From contig NC_135762.1 of assembly GCF_052425735.1 (NCBI RefSeq), positions 27,652,001 through 27,716,000 of the forward strand: a stretch of DNA of 64,000 nt, given 5' to 3'. The notes beneath the pieces are model-generated. The model worked only from the letters and a program-made list of their open reading frames with translations. It had not been told where the DNA came from and made no database searches. Of this stretch, positions 1-11,642 are shown piece by piece. Made by a program: the position numbers and the translations under genes. The stretch comes from Oculina patagonica. Its lineage: Eukaryota. Within the stretch, counting starts at the first letter, position 1. Every line of letters begins with the position of its first letter.

Positions 1-1032
1 TTTTCTGTTGACATCCAAGTGGTCTCGATCGATAAATTAAAAGTGCCTTGACGTTGGTGAATTTGGATTTAATTTTAAAGATGTGTAATTGTGTTGAATG
101 TCTCTTTTTTTTTTTTTGGGAGGGGGGGGGGGAGGAGTGGGCGATTTTTGACAGTTATGTTAGCCCTAGGAGGATTGGGTACTTTTTTGACACCGAAAAG
201 GTAGGATAATCGTTTCATTTATGAACTACCTGAACTACAACACGATGACAAATAAATATTGACTGAAATGTGTCACGTATATGGTCTATTTGACAAACAT
301 CTTCGGAGTCAGTTTTGTATTGAAGCACGCTCGTTATAATTGCAGACATAAAGAAAATTGAAAGTCTCTTTATATTTTTAATTTAAAGGAGTCCTTGTCG
401 TGATGTCTTGCTCCATAATTATAGCAGGATAAATTCTTTGCAGTTCTTGGAATAGTTATAATTTCATTTTTTAACGGCAAAAACTTAAAACGCATATCAT
501 CTTGCTTGATTTTAAGATTTCCTTTCTAGTCGTCGCGTTTGCCGAAAAGATAATGAAAGAAAAAGAAAAGAAAATATGAAAGGTTTACACCTGTTCTCAA
601 TCGATAAAAGGAATTTGAATAGGCCTTATCACGGTTTTCGACTGCGCCGTCTTGAGGAGTAGGCAAAGCGGGTAGAAATTACAGCTTTGTCTATAATTTT
701 TACCCGCGAACCTGGTCAACTCACCGAACCGGAACGTAAATCTGCAGAGAAAATACAGACAAATGTATGGGAAATTTAAAACATAACTGAACGCTTTCTA
801 GCCCAGCTCTCCGAGCTTCATCGAGCGTCATGTCATTTGCATTTGGTGCTGACCAAATGAATAATGGGTTCAGGGAATGATATTGAATTACAAAAAGAAT
901 AAGGCGGCTCCCTTGGGGTTGTAGGACCACGCAAGTGTTAATGATGCAATCTTTGGAATCTGTCTGCCCAACCTGACGCAAGTTCACGCTTAAAAACTGC
1001 CTTGTAGATGGGTTGGTCAAAGGTATGGGTTT

Positions 1033-1205
1033 ACAGCGTAAAGCATAAAGATGTGACCATTTATAATCAATTCAAATTCTTTGATACAGAATTTTATCCA
1101 ATCAGAAGCTGAGGAAAGCTTACAGTTGACTTCTGATTAGAGTAAATCTGCACGAAAGAATGTGAAGTAATTAGAAGTGGTCACACTTTTTGGCTCGTTT
1201 CTGTA
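1033..1205. mobile_element. Short foldback MITE (TA-flanked CAG...CTG), same family as 50089-50257
   Basis: Imperfect inverted arms (ttacag...gtgacca / tggtcac...ctgtaa); core shared with the 50 kb copy. Confidence 0.6.
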
Positions 1206-1559
1206 ATAATACATTAATAGGATTCATCAGTAGTAGTCAAGAGTCGTTCAAGTTACCACATGATATATTATATTTACATGTATAAATATTGTTTACACAA
1301 TATCAACCTCTTTCTTTACTCTCTCTATTTAGAAAACGAGAGCACGGACATATATTAACAATTTTGAATGTTACACACATTATATAAAATTATCTTTATC
1401 AGTGTTTTCGTTTTCAAACTGTCATTAATTTTTCAATCTTGACATCTGAACAGTTCAAACTGCGATAAGAGACATGTCCAGTTCAGAACGAGTCAAGTTT
1501 TTCTGTTCCTTCAAGTTGTCTACTTGCTGCTGAAGTTCAGCCAACATTTTATTCTTATT

Positions 1560-4500
1560 TTATGCTTTCATCGTGGTATTTTCTTTTTTCAGCTTAGCTA
1601 GCTGATTGTTAAGTTGGCAAAAGGACTTCGATTTGTCCTCTTTAAGTTTGTTAATCTCTTTATCCTTATTTGACATGAATCTGGCGTTTTCATCCATTAT
1701 CAACGCTAGCCGATCTTTAAATTGGTCAAAATTATTCGATATTTCGTGTTGAAGCTTGGTCAACTCTTTGTCCTTCTCTGCTAGCCGTTCGTTGAATTGG
1801 CCAATAATACTCCACTTTTCATCCTCAAGTTGTTCAATGACCTTCGACTTTTGCTTTTTCAATTCGTTCATTTCTTTGTCCTTCTCAGAAATGATTTTAG
1901 CGTTTTCATTCATGAACGACGCTATCCGATCCTTGAATTGGTCAAAAACTTTTGACTTTTCCTCTTGAAGTCGTTCGTTGAGCTCTTTGTCCTTCTCAAA
2001 CATGATTTTGGCGTTTTCCTTCATCAATGCCACCAACTGATCTTCAAGTTTGTTTCTAACCGCCGTCTTTTCCTCTTTAAGTTCGTTAATTTCGTTGTCC
2101 TTCTCAGAGATGACTCGTGTGCTTTCGTCTATAAACTTATTTAGCTGAACTTCTAGCTGGTCAATGGCACGCGAAGTTTGTTCCTTCAGCTTTCTATAGT
2201 CCAGCTCGCACGTTTTGAAGTGAGCTGCCTCCTTTTCCAAGGCGTCTACTTGGAATCTTAAACTTCTTACATCAGCTCTCTTCGTTTCAAGTTCAGCCTG
2301 AAGAGTGTCGTTCTTCTCCTGCAAATATTTGATTTCGTTCTTCATGCCACTGTTCTGAACCAACAGCTTCACATTTTCCTCGTTGGTTTTTTCAATTATT
2401 TCCTCCAAAGTTTTGTTCTCTTGGTCTCCGTCCTCAACCCACAGTTGAAGTTCCTCTATTATTTCTGTATTCTCCTTTTCAAGCTGTTCAAGTTCCTTCT
2501 TATGGATTTCGTCACAACTTGAGACCTGTTTCAGTGTAAAAACAAATATCGATAAACATGTGGTTTATCTTCAGTTCACTCAAGAGCGATATGCCCCCCC
2601 CCCCCCCCCCCCACTCCGCTCTTGTGTGGACTCTCTAAGTGGCACCAGAAACCCCTTTTGAGTTTCTGGTGACACTGTGTAAGCATTCCCGTGGTTTTTT
2701 TTTTGATGGGGGTGGATGTGGGGGTGCTCCATTCTAAATTTTTGCTCCCTTTCTGAGATCGCCGTGTAGCAATAGCGTTCGTCGCTACTAACATTTCGTC
2801 GAAAATACCCTTACAGACGTGCTCTGTGATGTGTCTTACTGGTTTAAGCACCTAAGTACTTCTCTGAAAGGATTGTAAGTACAAAAAAGCAGCATATATC
2901 AGCGTGTTGCGGAGCAAGTATGGCGCAGTTGCGAGAGTGCTCGCCTCCCACCAATGGGGTCTGGGTTCGATTCCCAGGCCCGGTGTCATATATGGGTTGA
3001 TTTTGTTGTTGGTTCTCGCCTTGCTCTGAGGGTTTTTCTCGGGTTCTCCTGTTTTCCTCCCTCCACAAAAACCAACATTTCCAATTCCAATTCAAACTGG
3101 GCAAAGGACCCGCATGAAAACCAACTAGAGCTGATGTGTCTTCCACTCTAAATATAGCAATTTATTTTTATTTTTGTTGTTTACCTGGTTCGTTAATGGG
3201 GTGTTTAATGGTGTTCTTCGCCTCACGAGCGGTGTTGATTTTGTAGCAGGATTAGGGTTGCTACGTTTAGCTGCATGTGAAGTATTGGTCCCTGTGATAT
3301 CTGCTGCTTGTTTTCTGTGTATCTCTTGCAGGTTAATTCCTGAAAATTAATTCCAAAATTAAAAACAAGTTTTAATGACAATCATTGACTCGACTTTAGG
3401 TTCATCCGTAGGCGCTAGTACCTTGAGATTACTGTAGTTAGCGGCTACTAATTTTTGCGAATTTAGCGAGTTAGGCGAAAATCGCTAAATTTAGTACTCG
3501 CTAAAATGTTTCACGGTAAAATTTAATACAGTACTCGTTAAGTTTAAGTATCCCCTCCCACCCCACAGAAAAACAAAATTAACCATACTGTATTAACTCG
3601 AATAAGCGCCGCCCCCGAATCATCGGGCGCCGCTCTCGAATAAGCACCGCATTTGGGATAAAAAAGTTAAAAAGCCGCAGTCCCGAAGCGGCGCTTATTC
3701 GAGGCATTCTGTTTAACTAAAGACAACACTACAAAGCAAATCTTAAAAAAGCTTGGACATTTCTTTTCATGGAAAGCGATGTTCTGTAGTTCAAAGTGAT
3801 TGTTTTACCGCTCGCCCATTAGTTTTCTATCCGACATTCTTGCAATACGTAGTTCTGTAAATGTCGTGAAGTCCGCGAACTTTACCAGGACAGCTAGTGC
3901 CACTTCTCTCTCTTCAGAAAGAGAGGAATATTGTCAATCAAAAGGCACTCTTTTCAATTACTGTAAAAGATAAGATTCTTTTTGGCGTCCAAATTTTTAA
4001 GAAGCGCCGCCCTCAAATAGGCGCCACCCTCGAATAAGCGCCGCACTTGGGGGCGCGAAACGAGTAAATACGGTAGTTGCCTTGAAAAATTCTTTACAGA
4101 ATGGATACCGGTAATTTTGCTCTTTCTGGCAATGTAAATGTTCCTTCAATTTCAGGTGAGTTTGTTCTTTTATTGAAAATTTACTTTCATGATAGCTATA
4201 TGTTCATTAAAAACTGGTTTACACGATCATGGCAATAATTAATTAAAATTTTCAGAAAATCGCTAACTTAAATAGTCGCTAAATCTTGCTCAGAAAATAT
4301 CGCTAAAATTAGTAGCCGCTAACTTTTAGTAAGTCGTAGTAAAACTAGTAGTAAACTGTTAAACATTTTTTGAAGCTCATTCGCGTATTATTTTTAAAAC
4401 AATGTTTTTCCTTTTGACGATGGTATATGGCGAGCAGCTCAATGTACTCGAAAGCTCTTGTATAAGTGATGCACTTCAAAACTAAAATAAGCTTGTTTAA

Positions 4501-4799
4501 ATATTTGCTCAAATGAAATATAAAAAATGTCTGCAAAACATGAAAATACCTGAGTCTTTTCCCAAAGGTCTTTTATCTCCAGTCTTGCTGTCTTTCTGAA
4601 GGGCCACTATCGGAATCCGTGATGGCCGCTTGTTTTGCGGAAGCTTTTCTACGGAATCCGGAATGCGCTGCTTTTTATTAGCTTTGTCTTTTGACGAGGA
4701 ACTGTTTCCGCTGACAGTGCTCAAACAGGTTGCTTTGCGGACTGGTATTTTAGAATTTTGTTGAGCTGGAGAAAGGCGATTCTTGTCACAGGACGCCAT
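1560..4799 (-). CDS. Coiled-coil protein with N-terminal SxIP motifs (~456 aa, 3 coding exons), family unknown; possibly degenerating
   Basis: Exons 4799-4550, 3339-3185 and 2525-1560 join in frame through GT-AG sites. Exon 1 encodes SKIP and SRIP. Exon 3 encodes ~33-aa repeats (ENAKIxSEKDKExNELK...). Confidence 0.7.
2911..3155 (+). mobile_element. tRNA-derived SINE (family A)
   Basis: A-box-like TGGCGCAGTTG and B-box GGTTCGATTCCC; homologous copy on the minus strand at 22436-22603. Confidence 0.75.
3419..4341. mobile_element. MITE hosting a nested MITE
   Basis: Inverted repeat GTTAGCGGCTACTAATTTT (3436) / AAAATTAGTAGCCGCTAAC (ends 4323) with subterminal CGCTAA repeats. Confidence 0.6.
3588..4073. 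mobile_element. Tc1/mariner(pogo)-type MITE, copy 1
   Basis: TA-flanked TIR C(C/T)GTATT(T/A)ACTCG; internal AATAAGCGCCGC repeats; reverse complement of 5244-5750. Confidence 0.75.
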
Positions 4800-5243
4800 C
4801 GCGTTTTCACGGCAGTTTTTGACGCAGGGCTTGAACTACAACTTTCCCTAAATCTGTTCTGTGTTTGTTTTCTCTGTTTTGGCCTGTTTCGGAACTTTTC
4901 TCTTCGATTTGACTGCGAAAAATATCACAATATCTCCCGCTCCGAATCTCAATGCTGACTGCATCGATAGCTGAAGCAAATGATTCAGTTTTGAAGAAAT
5001 CCATGGAAACCGTCTTCGATCGTTTCGTCATAAACAGCGCTGCTTTGGTCATTCTTGCTCGATTGCACGCGCACAGTTTTGCTGCACAAATTTGGCGAAA
5101 AAATGCGTTTTTATACGCTTGTTTCAGACTGTAAAGTTTCATTCAAAAATGGCTCTATCATTTATAAACTTAAGTAAATATATTAAGCGCAATTCAGTGG
5201 AGAGGTTAATTCACATTTTCAAATAAAACTAAAACTTAACTTA

Positions 5244-5750
5244 CCGTATTTACTCGAATAAGCGCCGCGGCGCTTATTAAATTTTTCACGCCTCAAGTGC
5301 GGCGCTTATTCGAGGGCGGCGCTTATTTAAAATTTGGACGCCATAAAGAATCTAATCTTTTACAGTAATTGAAAATAGCGTCCTTTGATTGTCAGTCTTC
5401 GTCTCTTGCTGAAGAAAGAAGTAGCGCTAGCTGTCTTGGCAAAGTTCACGGCCTTTACAACATTTACAGAGCTGCGTATTGCAAGAATGTTGGATAGAAG
5501 AACTAATGGGCGAGCCGTAAAACAACATTGAACTGCAAAACATCGGTTTTGATGAAAAAAAAATGTCCAAGTTTGTTTTAGAGTTGCTTTGTAGTGCTGA
5601 TACTAGTTTAACGGAATTCCTCAAATAAGCGTCACATCGGGACTGCGGCGCTTATTCGGGGGCGGCGCTTATTATCTTTTTTGTCCCAAATGCGGCGCTT
5701 ATTCGAGGGCGGCGCTTATTCGGGGGCGGCGCTTATTTGAGTAAATACGG
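5244..5750. mobile_element. Tc1/mariner(pogo)-type MITE, copy 2
   Basis: TA|CCGTATTTACTC...GAGTAAATACGG|TA with GGCGGCGCTTATT repeats. Confidence 0.8.
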
Positions 5751-6539
5751 TAAGCTTACCTTTTATGAAGGCATAGCTCTGCAGTGTGGAAAAGATCCTG
5801 TCCAAATTACTATTTTGAGTCTGTCGTTTCAGCTCTTGTTGATGCTTGGCTTCTTATGAAATTTCGTTGTCTCCTGAGAGATAATCAATGCTGTATTGTT
5901 CCAACTGAAACGAAGTAAAAAATAAACGTTCTTGCCGACCGGAAAAGTTAAACGAAGCCGGCGTCTCGTTCCAAGTTTTGAGTTCATCAAAAACAGCATT
6001 TACATCAAACTTATAGAAAGAATGCTTTGTCACTTTGGCCAAAAAGGTTTTCTTTAGAACTAAAAACTGAGTTTCACTCATTGCAAATGAATTAACTACA
6101 GTAATTTGTGTCCAGCTCAGACGTAATACTATTTGTAGTTCGTCCTTCGGATTTTCCTTTGATTCAAAATCATTTTCAAGCCATCTTAAAGGAACTCATA
6201 AAAAGCCAATCATAAGCAACGAAATTTGCTGTCAATCAAGACTCCTCTTGCAAACGTATTCACCTGTCAATCAAGCGAAAATTTCGGAGAATATGATGCT
6301 ACGGGGGAGAGGGTGGGTGCAAACATAAAAAAATCCTGCAAAGCGAAAATCAGTCTATCAGTCTGAGTGTCGATTGTCGAATTCCAAAACCCAACGGTTA
6401 ATATTTGCTGTATAAATCTAATGCACAGTTGTGCAAACCCTCCAGTCCAGTGGCATTGCCAGACAAGCTTTAAACTGGAGTCTGCAAGGAGAGCGTAAGA
6501 GAGGTCGTCTCCGAAACACATGAACACGTTCTTTTGACG

Positions 6540-6885
6540 TAGCCTGCGAATACAGACCAATACAGCCGCCTCTCATTTGGCTCCTGTTACCACGCACGTA
6601 GTAGCAGGAGCGAATGAGAGGCGGCTGTATTTGCAGGCTACCCTTGACGGAGGGTCTAAATGGGGGTACCTCGATAACAATATTATAAACACCTATTTTT
6701 GGCTCTGTAACATGAAACAGTTAAGTTTTAGGCATTTCAACACTAACAGTAAAAAATTCACTGTAAGTAAATTTAATCCACAAAGAAACAAAAACAGCTC
6801 CAAAAAGGCTAGCCTGCGAATACAGCCTCCTCTCATTCGCGTCCCGCAAGGACGCGAATGTGAGGCGGCTGTATTCGCAGGCTAC
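6540..6885. repeat. Two small hairpin elements TAGCCTGCGAA...TT(C/T)GCAGGCTA
   Basis: Copies at ~6540-6640 and ~6810-6885, each self-complementary. Confidence 0.6.
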
Positions 6886-7099
6886 AAAAAGGCCAATATT
6901 ATTTTATTTAGAATATCAAGAAGCTTTTGGCCATTTTCCGACAATTTCCGATCATTTCGGTAGATTTCTGGAGACTACCGAAGATTCCCGAAGACCGTCG
7001 AAGATTTCCGGAGACTACCGAAGATGTCTGATGACTGAGAAGTGGCAATGAACATTCCGAGTTCCTTCAAAGGGAGGAGATCAGGGAGAGTCATGCCTT

Positions 7100-7277
7100 A
7101 CTGCGAGGTGTCTTATGTTAAGTTAACTTTTTTATCCTGATTATTAGTCACTTAAATGATGGGCATCCAATCAGCTAGCTATATTTTGCCCTTTTCCATT
7201 TCTCTTCTCCTACTTGTTTTACTCTATATTTATCTTTGTTATTTGAAATAGAATAAATAAAAAAATGAAATGAAATG
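7100..7277 (+). mobile_element. LINE 3' end remnant with (AAATG)n tail
   Basis: AT-rich 3' UTR-like sequence, then AATAAA, then short tandem-repeat tail. Confidence 0.4.
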
Positions 7278-7661
7278 CAAGGTAAGCTGCAAAGCGTTTC
7301 TAGTCAAAACCGCCTTGTGGGTGTCGACTGGGGGGCCTTCTCGGCGACGAGTTTTCAAAATGCCGAGAAGGCCCTGGGGACGAGGTTGTTACTTTCATGG
7401 TTTGCGTAGGCTGGTGATCGAAGACCATGTGGAATTGAAGGAAGTGACAGGCTTAAAAATCTCAACAAAACAACTCTTAACCACATTGCTTTTGCTTTAC
7501 TTTGCTCAGATGTACAAACATTGTCGTGGTTACAATGGAAACCACATTATTCTTCTGACATTACTGTATGATAAATTAACAGTAAACACTGATACCCCTG
7601 TATTTAAATGAATTTACATGTACATTGTTTGCATAAAATATTCTTTCAGATACTTAGCTGT

Positions 7662-8028
7662 TACAGCTGAACCCCGATAACTCGAACCCTAGATAACTCG
7701 ATTCTCATGCTAACTCAAACCTTTTTCGAATCCCCTCAAGATCATTTTCTTACTAAAAATTATTTTATCCTTCATAATTCGAAACCCCACTCGATGAATA
7801 GCCTTTGTGGTTCCCTCTATAGCGCGCGCCTGCAGGGAATCACGGTAGTTGTATTCATCAAACCATGCGCGAGACTCAGCAACGTGCATCATTGTTGAGT
7901 CTCGCGCGCACGCATGGTTTGATGAATACAACTACCGTGATTCCCTGCAGGCGCGCGCTATAGGGGGAATCGGGTATTGAACCTCTTTCTGTTCCGATTC
8001 CCCTTGAAGTTATCGGGATTCAACTGTA
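7662..8028. mobile_element. TA-flanked MITE containing a nested ~155-bp foldback element (7812-7968)
   Basis: Outer TIR CAGCTGAACCCCGATAAC / GTTATCGGGATTCAACTG; inner near-perfect palindrome; decayed relative at 21681-21810. Confidence 0.7.
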
Positions 8029-9408
8029 CTTGGTTGTCAAAAGGCCCATAAAATTATTGGTTAATGGTTTTGATTTTAAGTGACTAGTGATTACTGTAAA
8101 AGGAATCTGCTAGTGAAAGTTCAACTTAAATGTACATCTTTGTTTCCTGTGAATTTCATGCACTTGTTTTTAAATTATATTTCACTACATGTACTAAGAA
8201 TATCTATTATTATTTAGAGAAAATATACTTCTAACCCTACATGTCTCATCAAAAATCGATTTGCCTCATAGAGGTTTGTAAAAATAACTGTACAATGTTT
8301 CATATTTATCAAAGCTCTCAGCTAATTTCTTAGCATAAATTTCAGCTGCCTCCTCTGGTGGTCATTCCTTAGTTATCTAGTAAAGAGGTGGACAAAATCC
8401 CCATTTGGCTACTGATAACAGACACCATAACATTGTGAAGTTCCATAAATTATCCACACCTCCCCCACGGAAGGGATTTTTTTAACCCCCCCCCCCCACC
8501 CCTCTGGAAATTCCAATTAAAATAAGCTCAACATTTCCTTAAAGGTTTTGGCGTTTGAGACCCCTCCCACCACCCAGGAATTTCCAATCCCTTCTGTGGG
8601 GAGAATATGGACATTTTCTGGAACCACACATTAACTTAGACAAGTGTTTTCTTTCTTACCAATTACTAGAGGCTTGCATCAAAAATCGACTATCATTCTT
8701 TTGCATTCCATTGATTATTGACATTACTGAACTCACCATAATTCACACAAACCTACTGCAAATTTTAAAGTAAAACCAATCATTTTTCTAAAACATTAGT
8801 GCTAAAACGCAAATAAATGTACATGTAGTATTTAATTTCATTTTTTGCTGAATGGAAATGTTTGAATCTGTTGAAATGGCGTAGCGCACCACTATATTTT
8901 TATTTATTTTCTTTTATTTAATTTACTAGTAGATGAAATCATATGGTGAATATCACTCAGTGAAAAAAAAAAAATTTCATTAAACTGTTTGAGTTTGTTC
9001 AGTTGACGATAAATATGATGTGTTGCTGTAGAAAGGTACTCTCTTTTTCCACTCTCTTGACACAAGTAAAAGCTGTCCCAGAGGAGCACTGTTCTATTGC
9101 TTTAGTATTTAAAATTTGTAACTCAATCTGTGTATTGTCCTTTCATCTCTTGTGCAATTCTGGCTCTAGATGTTCAACCGATTGATTAAACTATCCACTG
9201 GTTAAATCACTATCCAGTGAACGGGATAATTGGTTTTGTTAACATTTTATCCGCTGGATGGTGATTATCCAGTCAATAGTGTTATCAACACTTTGAACGA
9301 TCGAGGTCTATCTTTATACAGGATTATAATATTTTTTTTCATTTACATGTTATATTGAATAAATAAACTGAACATTAAGTACAACTTAATGCACCAGTTG
9401 AAATTAAA

Positions 9409-11603
9409 TCATGAGCCAGCCAGAAGCCTTAGAAGAGCATCTCTTGTTCCTATAACGGCCCTGAAAAAATACAATTATTATTATTAGAAACACCTATAAA
9501 GTGCCAATGCAAAATTTATTACATGTATGATATTAGCTTGAGGTTTCTATTAGTTGATAGTTGACAAGAAGCAAGCCCCAAGCATTAAGGCTGAAAGAAA
9601 CCAAGAGTGAACCATTTAAGACGGAATCCACTAGGAAGTCGGGTAATATTTATTAAAGTTGGACAAAAATCAATTTCCAGAATAATTTAAATCCTATTGC
9701 GTTATTTCCTACTCTTAATAAAAGGTAAAGATGTAAGTAATTATCCGTGATAACATCAAAAACAATTTCTTATCAGAGTCTGAGAAAATGAATTTCAAAG
9801 TTCACAAGGTATAGGCAAAATCTCATGTGTAACCATTTTGTAAATTCGTCTTAAGCGATTCAGTGGAATTCAGCGGAACTTCAAAATGTGTTTTCGATGT
9901 GTGGTGTTGTTAGAAAAGATTTCCTTTGATAAGATATTTGAAGCAGTAACAAAAAAGTTTGCAATAAGGTGGAAATAATTCTGGTATAACAATTTCTTAT
10001 CAGAGTCTTAGAAAATGATATTTAAAGTTCACAAGCTATGGGCAAAAGCATACATCTTTTAAGCGATTCAGTGGAATTCAGCGTAACTTCAAAATGTGTT
10101 TTCGATGTGTGGTGTTGTTAGAAAAGATTTCTTTTGATAAGATATTTGAAGCAGTAACACAAAAGCTTGCAATCAGGTGTAAATAGTTTTGGTACATAAC
10201 TTTGTCCAATAACTACTCGAAGTCCTGGCGGATTTCCTCTTAATTTTTTTAACAAGGAGACTGATCTATTTAACAGAAAGTTCAGTGAAAGTGGTTTATT
10301 TACAGTTTCGGTTTGTGATTTCTGTAGTTTAATTTGCGTAGGCTTCCAGGTCAGTCTGCACAAAGTATGTCTGGGTAAAGTATGCATATAATCAGGAAGT
10401 TGCAGCCAGAAATAACTTTAGTGGGGCAAAGTGGCAGTGTTTCAAAGTCTTTTCATTACTTTTTTTTTAGGGAAATTCGATTTATGCTATTTCAACAGCC
10501 TGTAAACCTGTTTGCATATTAAACAATAGTACTGTTAAAGTTCAAGCGTAAAAGCTCTTTACAGTCTTACACTGCTCAACATAAAAATAACTGAACACTC
10601 CTTACCCAACTAATCCAAGAAATATAATTACTATGTCAATCAGCCATTCACATTTTGTGAGATGTCTAAAAATAAGGTAAAGATAAAAAACAATTATTAA
10701 TAATGTTTTACAGATCAATAAAATTTGACACCAACGAGAGCGTATGGGTGTTCAATAATTGGGTACTTTTCCTTATAAATTGTATTCAAAGCGCGAAGAG
10801 TTGTGTGGATATGAATTACAGTAGCCTGCAAGGCCGGCATTCAAAGAGGTGGGAGAAGGGGAGTTCGATCATGGGCGTGGGCAGGAGCAGAGAGTGCGAA
10901 GCACTCCCCTTTGAATGCCAGCCACACAAGCTAGAATTATAGGGTTCTAACAGCCAGAATTTTTCATTGTGGTTGGAGCTCTGTCGTCCACAGCGGAGAT
11001 AGAAAAACCATTTCTTAACAGTCATAGGTCTGAGCCAGCAAGATCTTAACCCAAGCCTGTTAAAGTACAAAAATCCCTTTAAATCAATGTACCTACCCTT
11101 CAAATATTCGAAGGTGAAAGATCCCTGGTAAAATAAATCCTAGCAGTGTACAACAACTGGATCCAAAGAATGCCATAAGTGTAGAGAAATTTGGAATTAC
11201 AAGCACAACAATGCCTGATAGTATTACAACACAGCCACGTAAAATACACTAGAAGAGAAAAAAGGAACCTGCCTGTTAGTAGCTTGCCCTCAACTAGAAA
11301 CCTTTTATAAACAAACTTCTTTAATTTCTTTTCCAATAAAAATTTAAACTGCCATACAATCTAATGATAATGATAATGATAATGAATTTATATAGCGCAT
11401 TTTTCATGTGTATATGTTCAAATGCGCTGTACACCAGACCACAACACCGGGAGCTTCGTGCCCTACTCTTTCGAATAGTGTGTGGGTCTTTAACGTCCCC
11501 TGTTATAAGACGAAGATACAAGAGACGGGACCTACGGTTTATCGTCCTTCCGAGAAGACAGAATGTCTAACCATTTGCAGATTTTAATTACAAAGGCAGC
11601 ACA

Positions 11604-11642
<39 letters not shown>

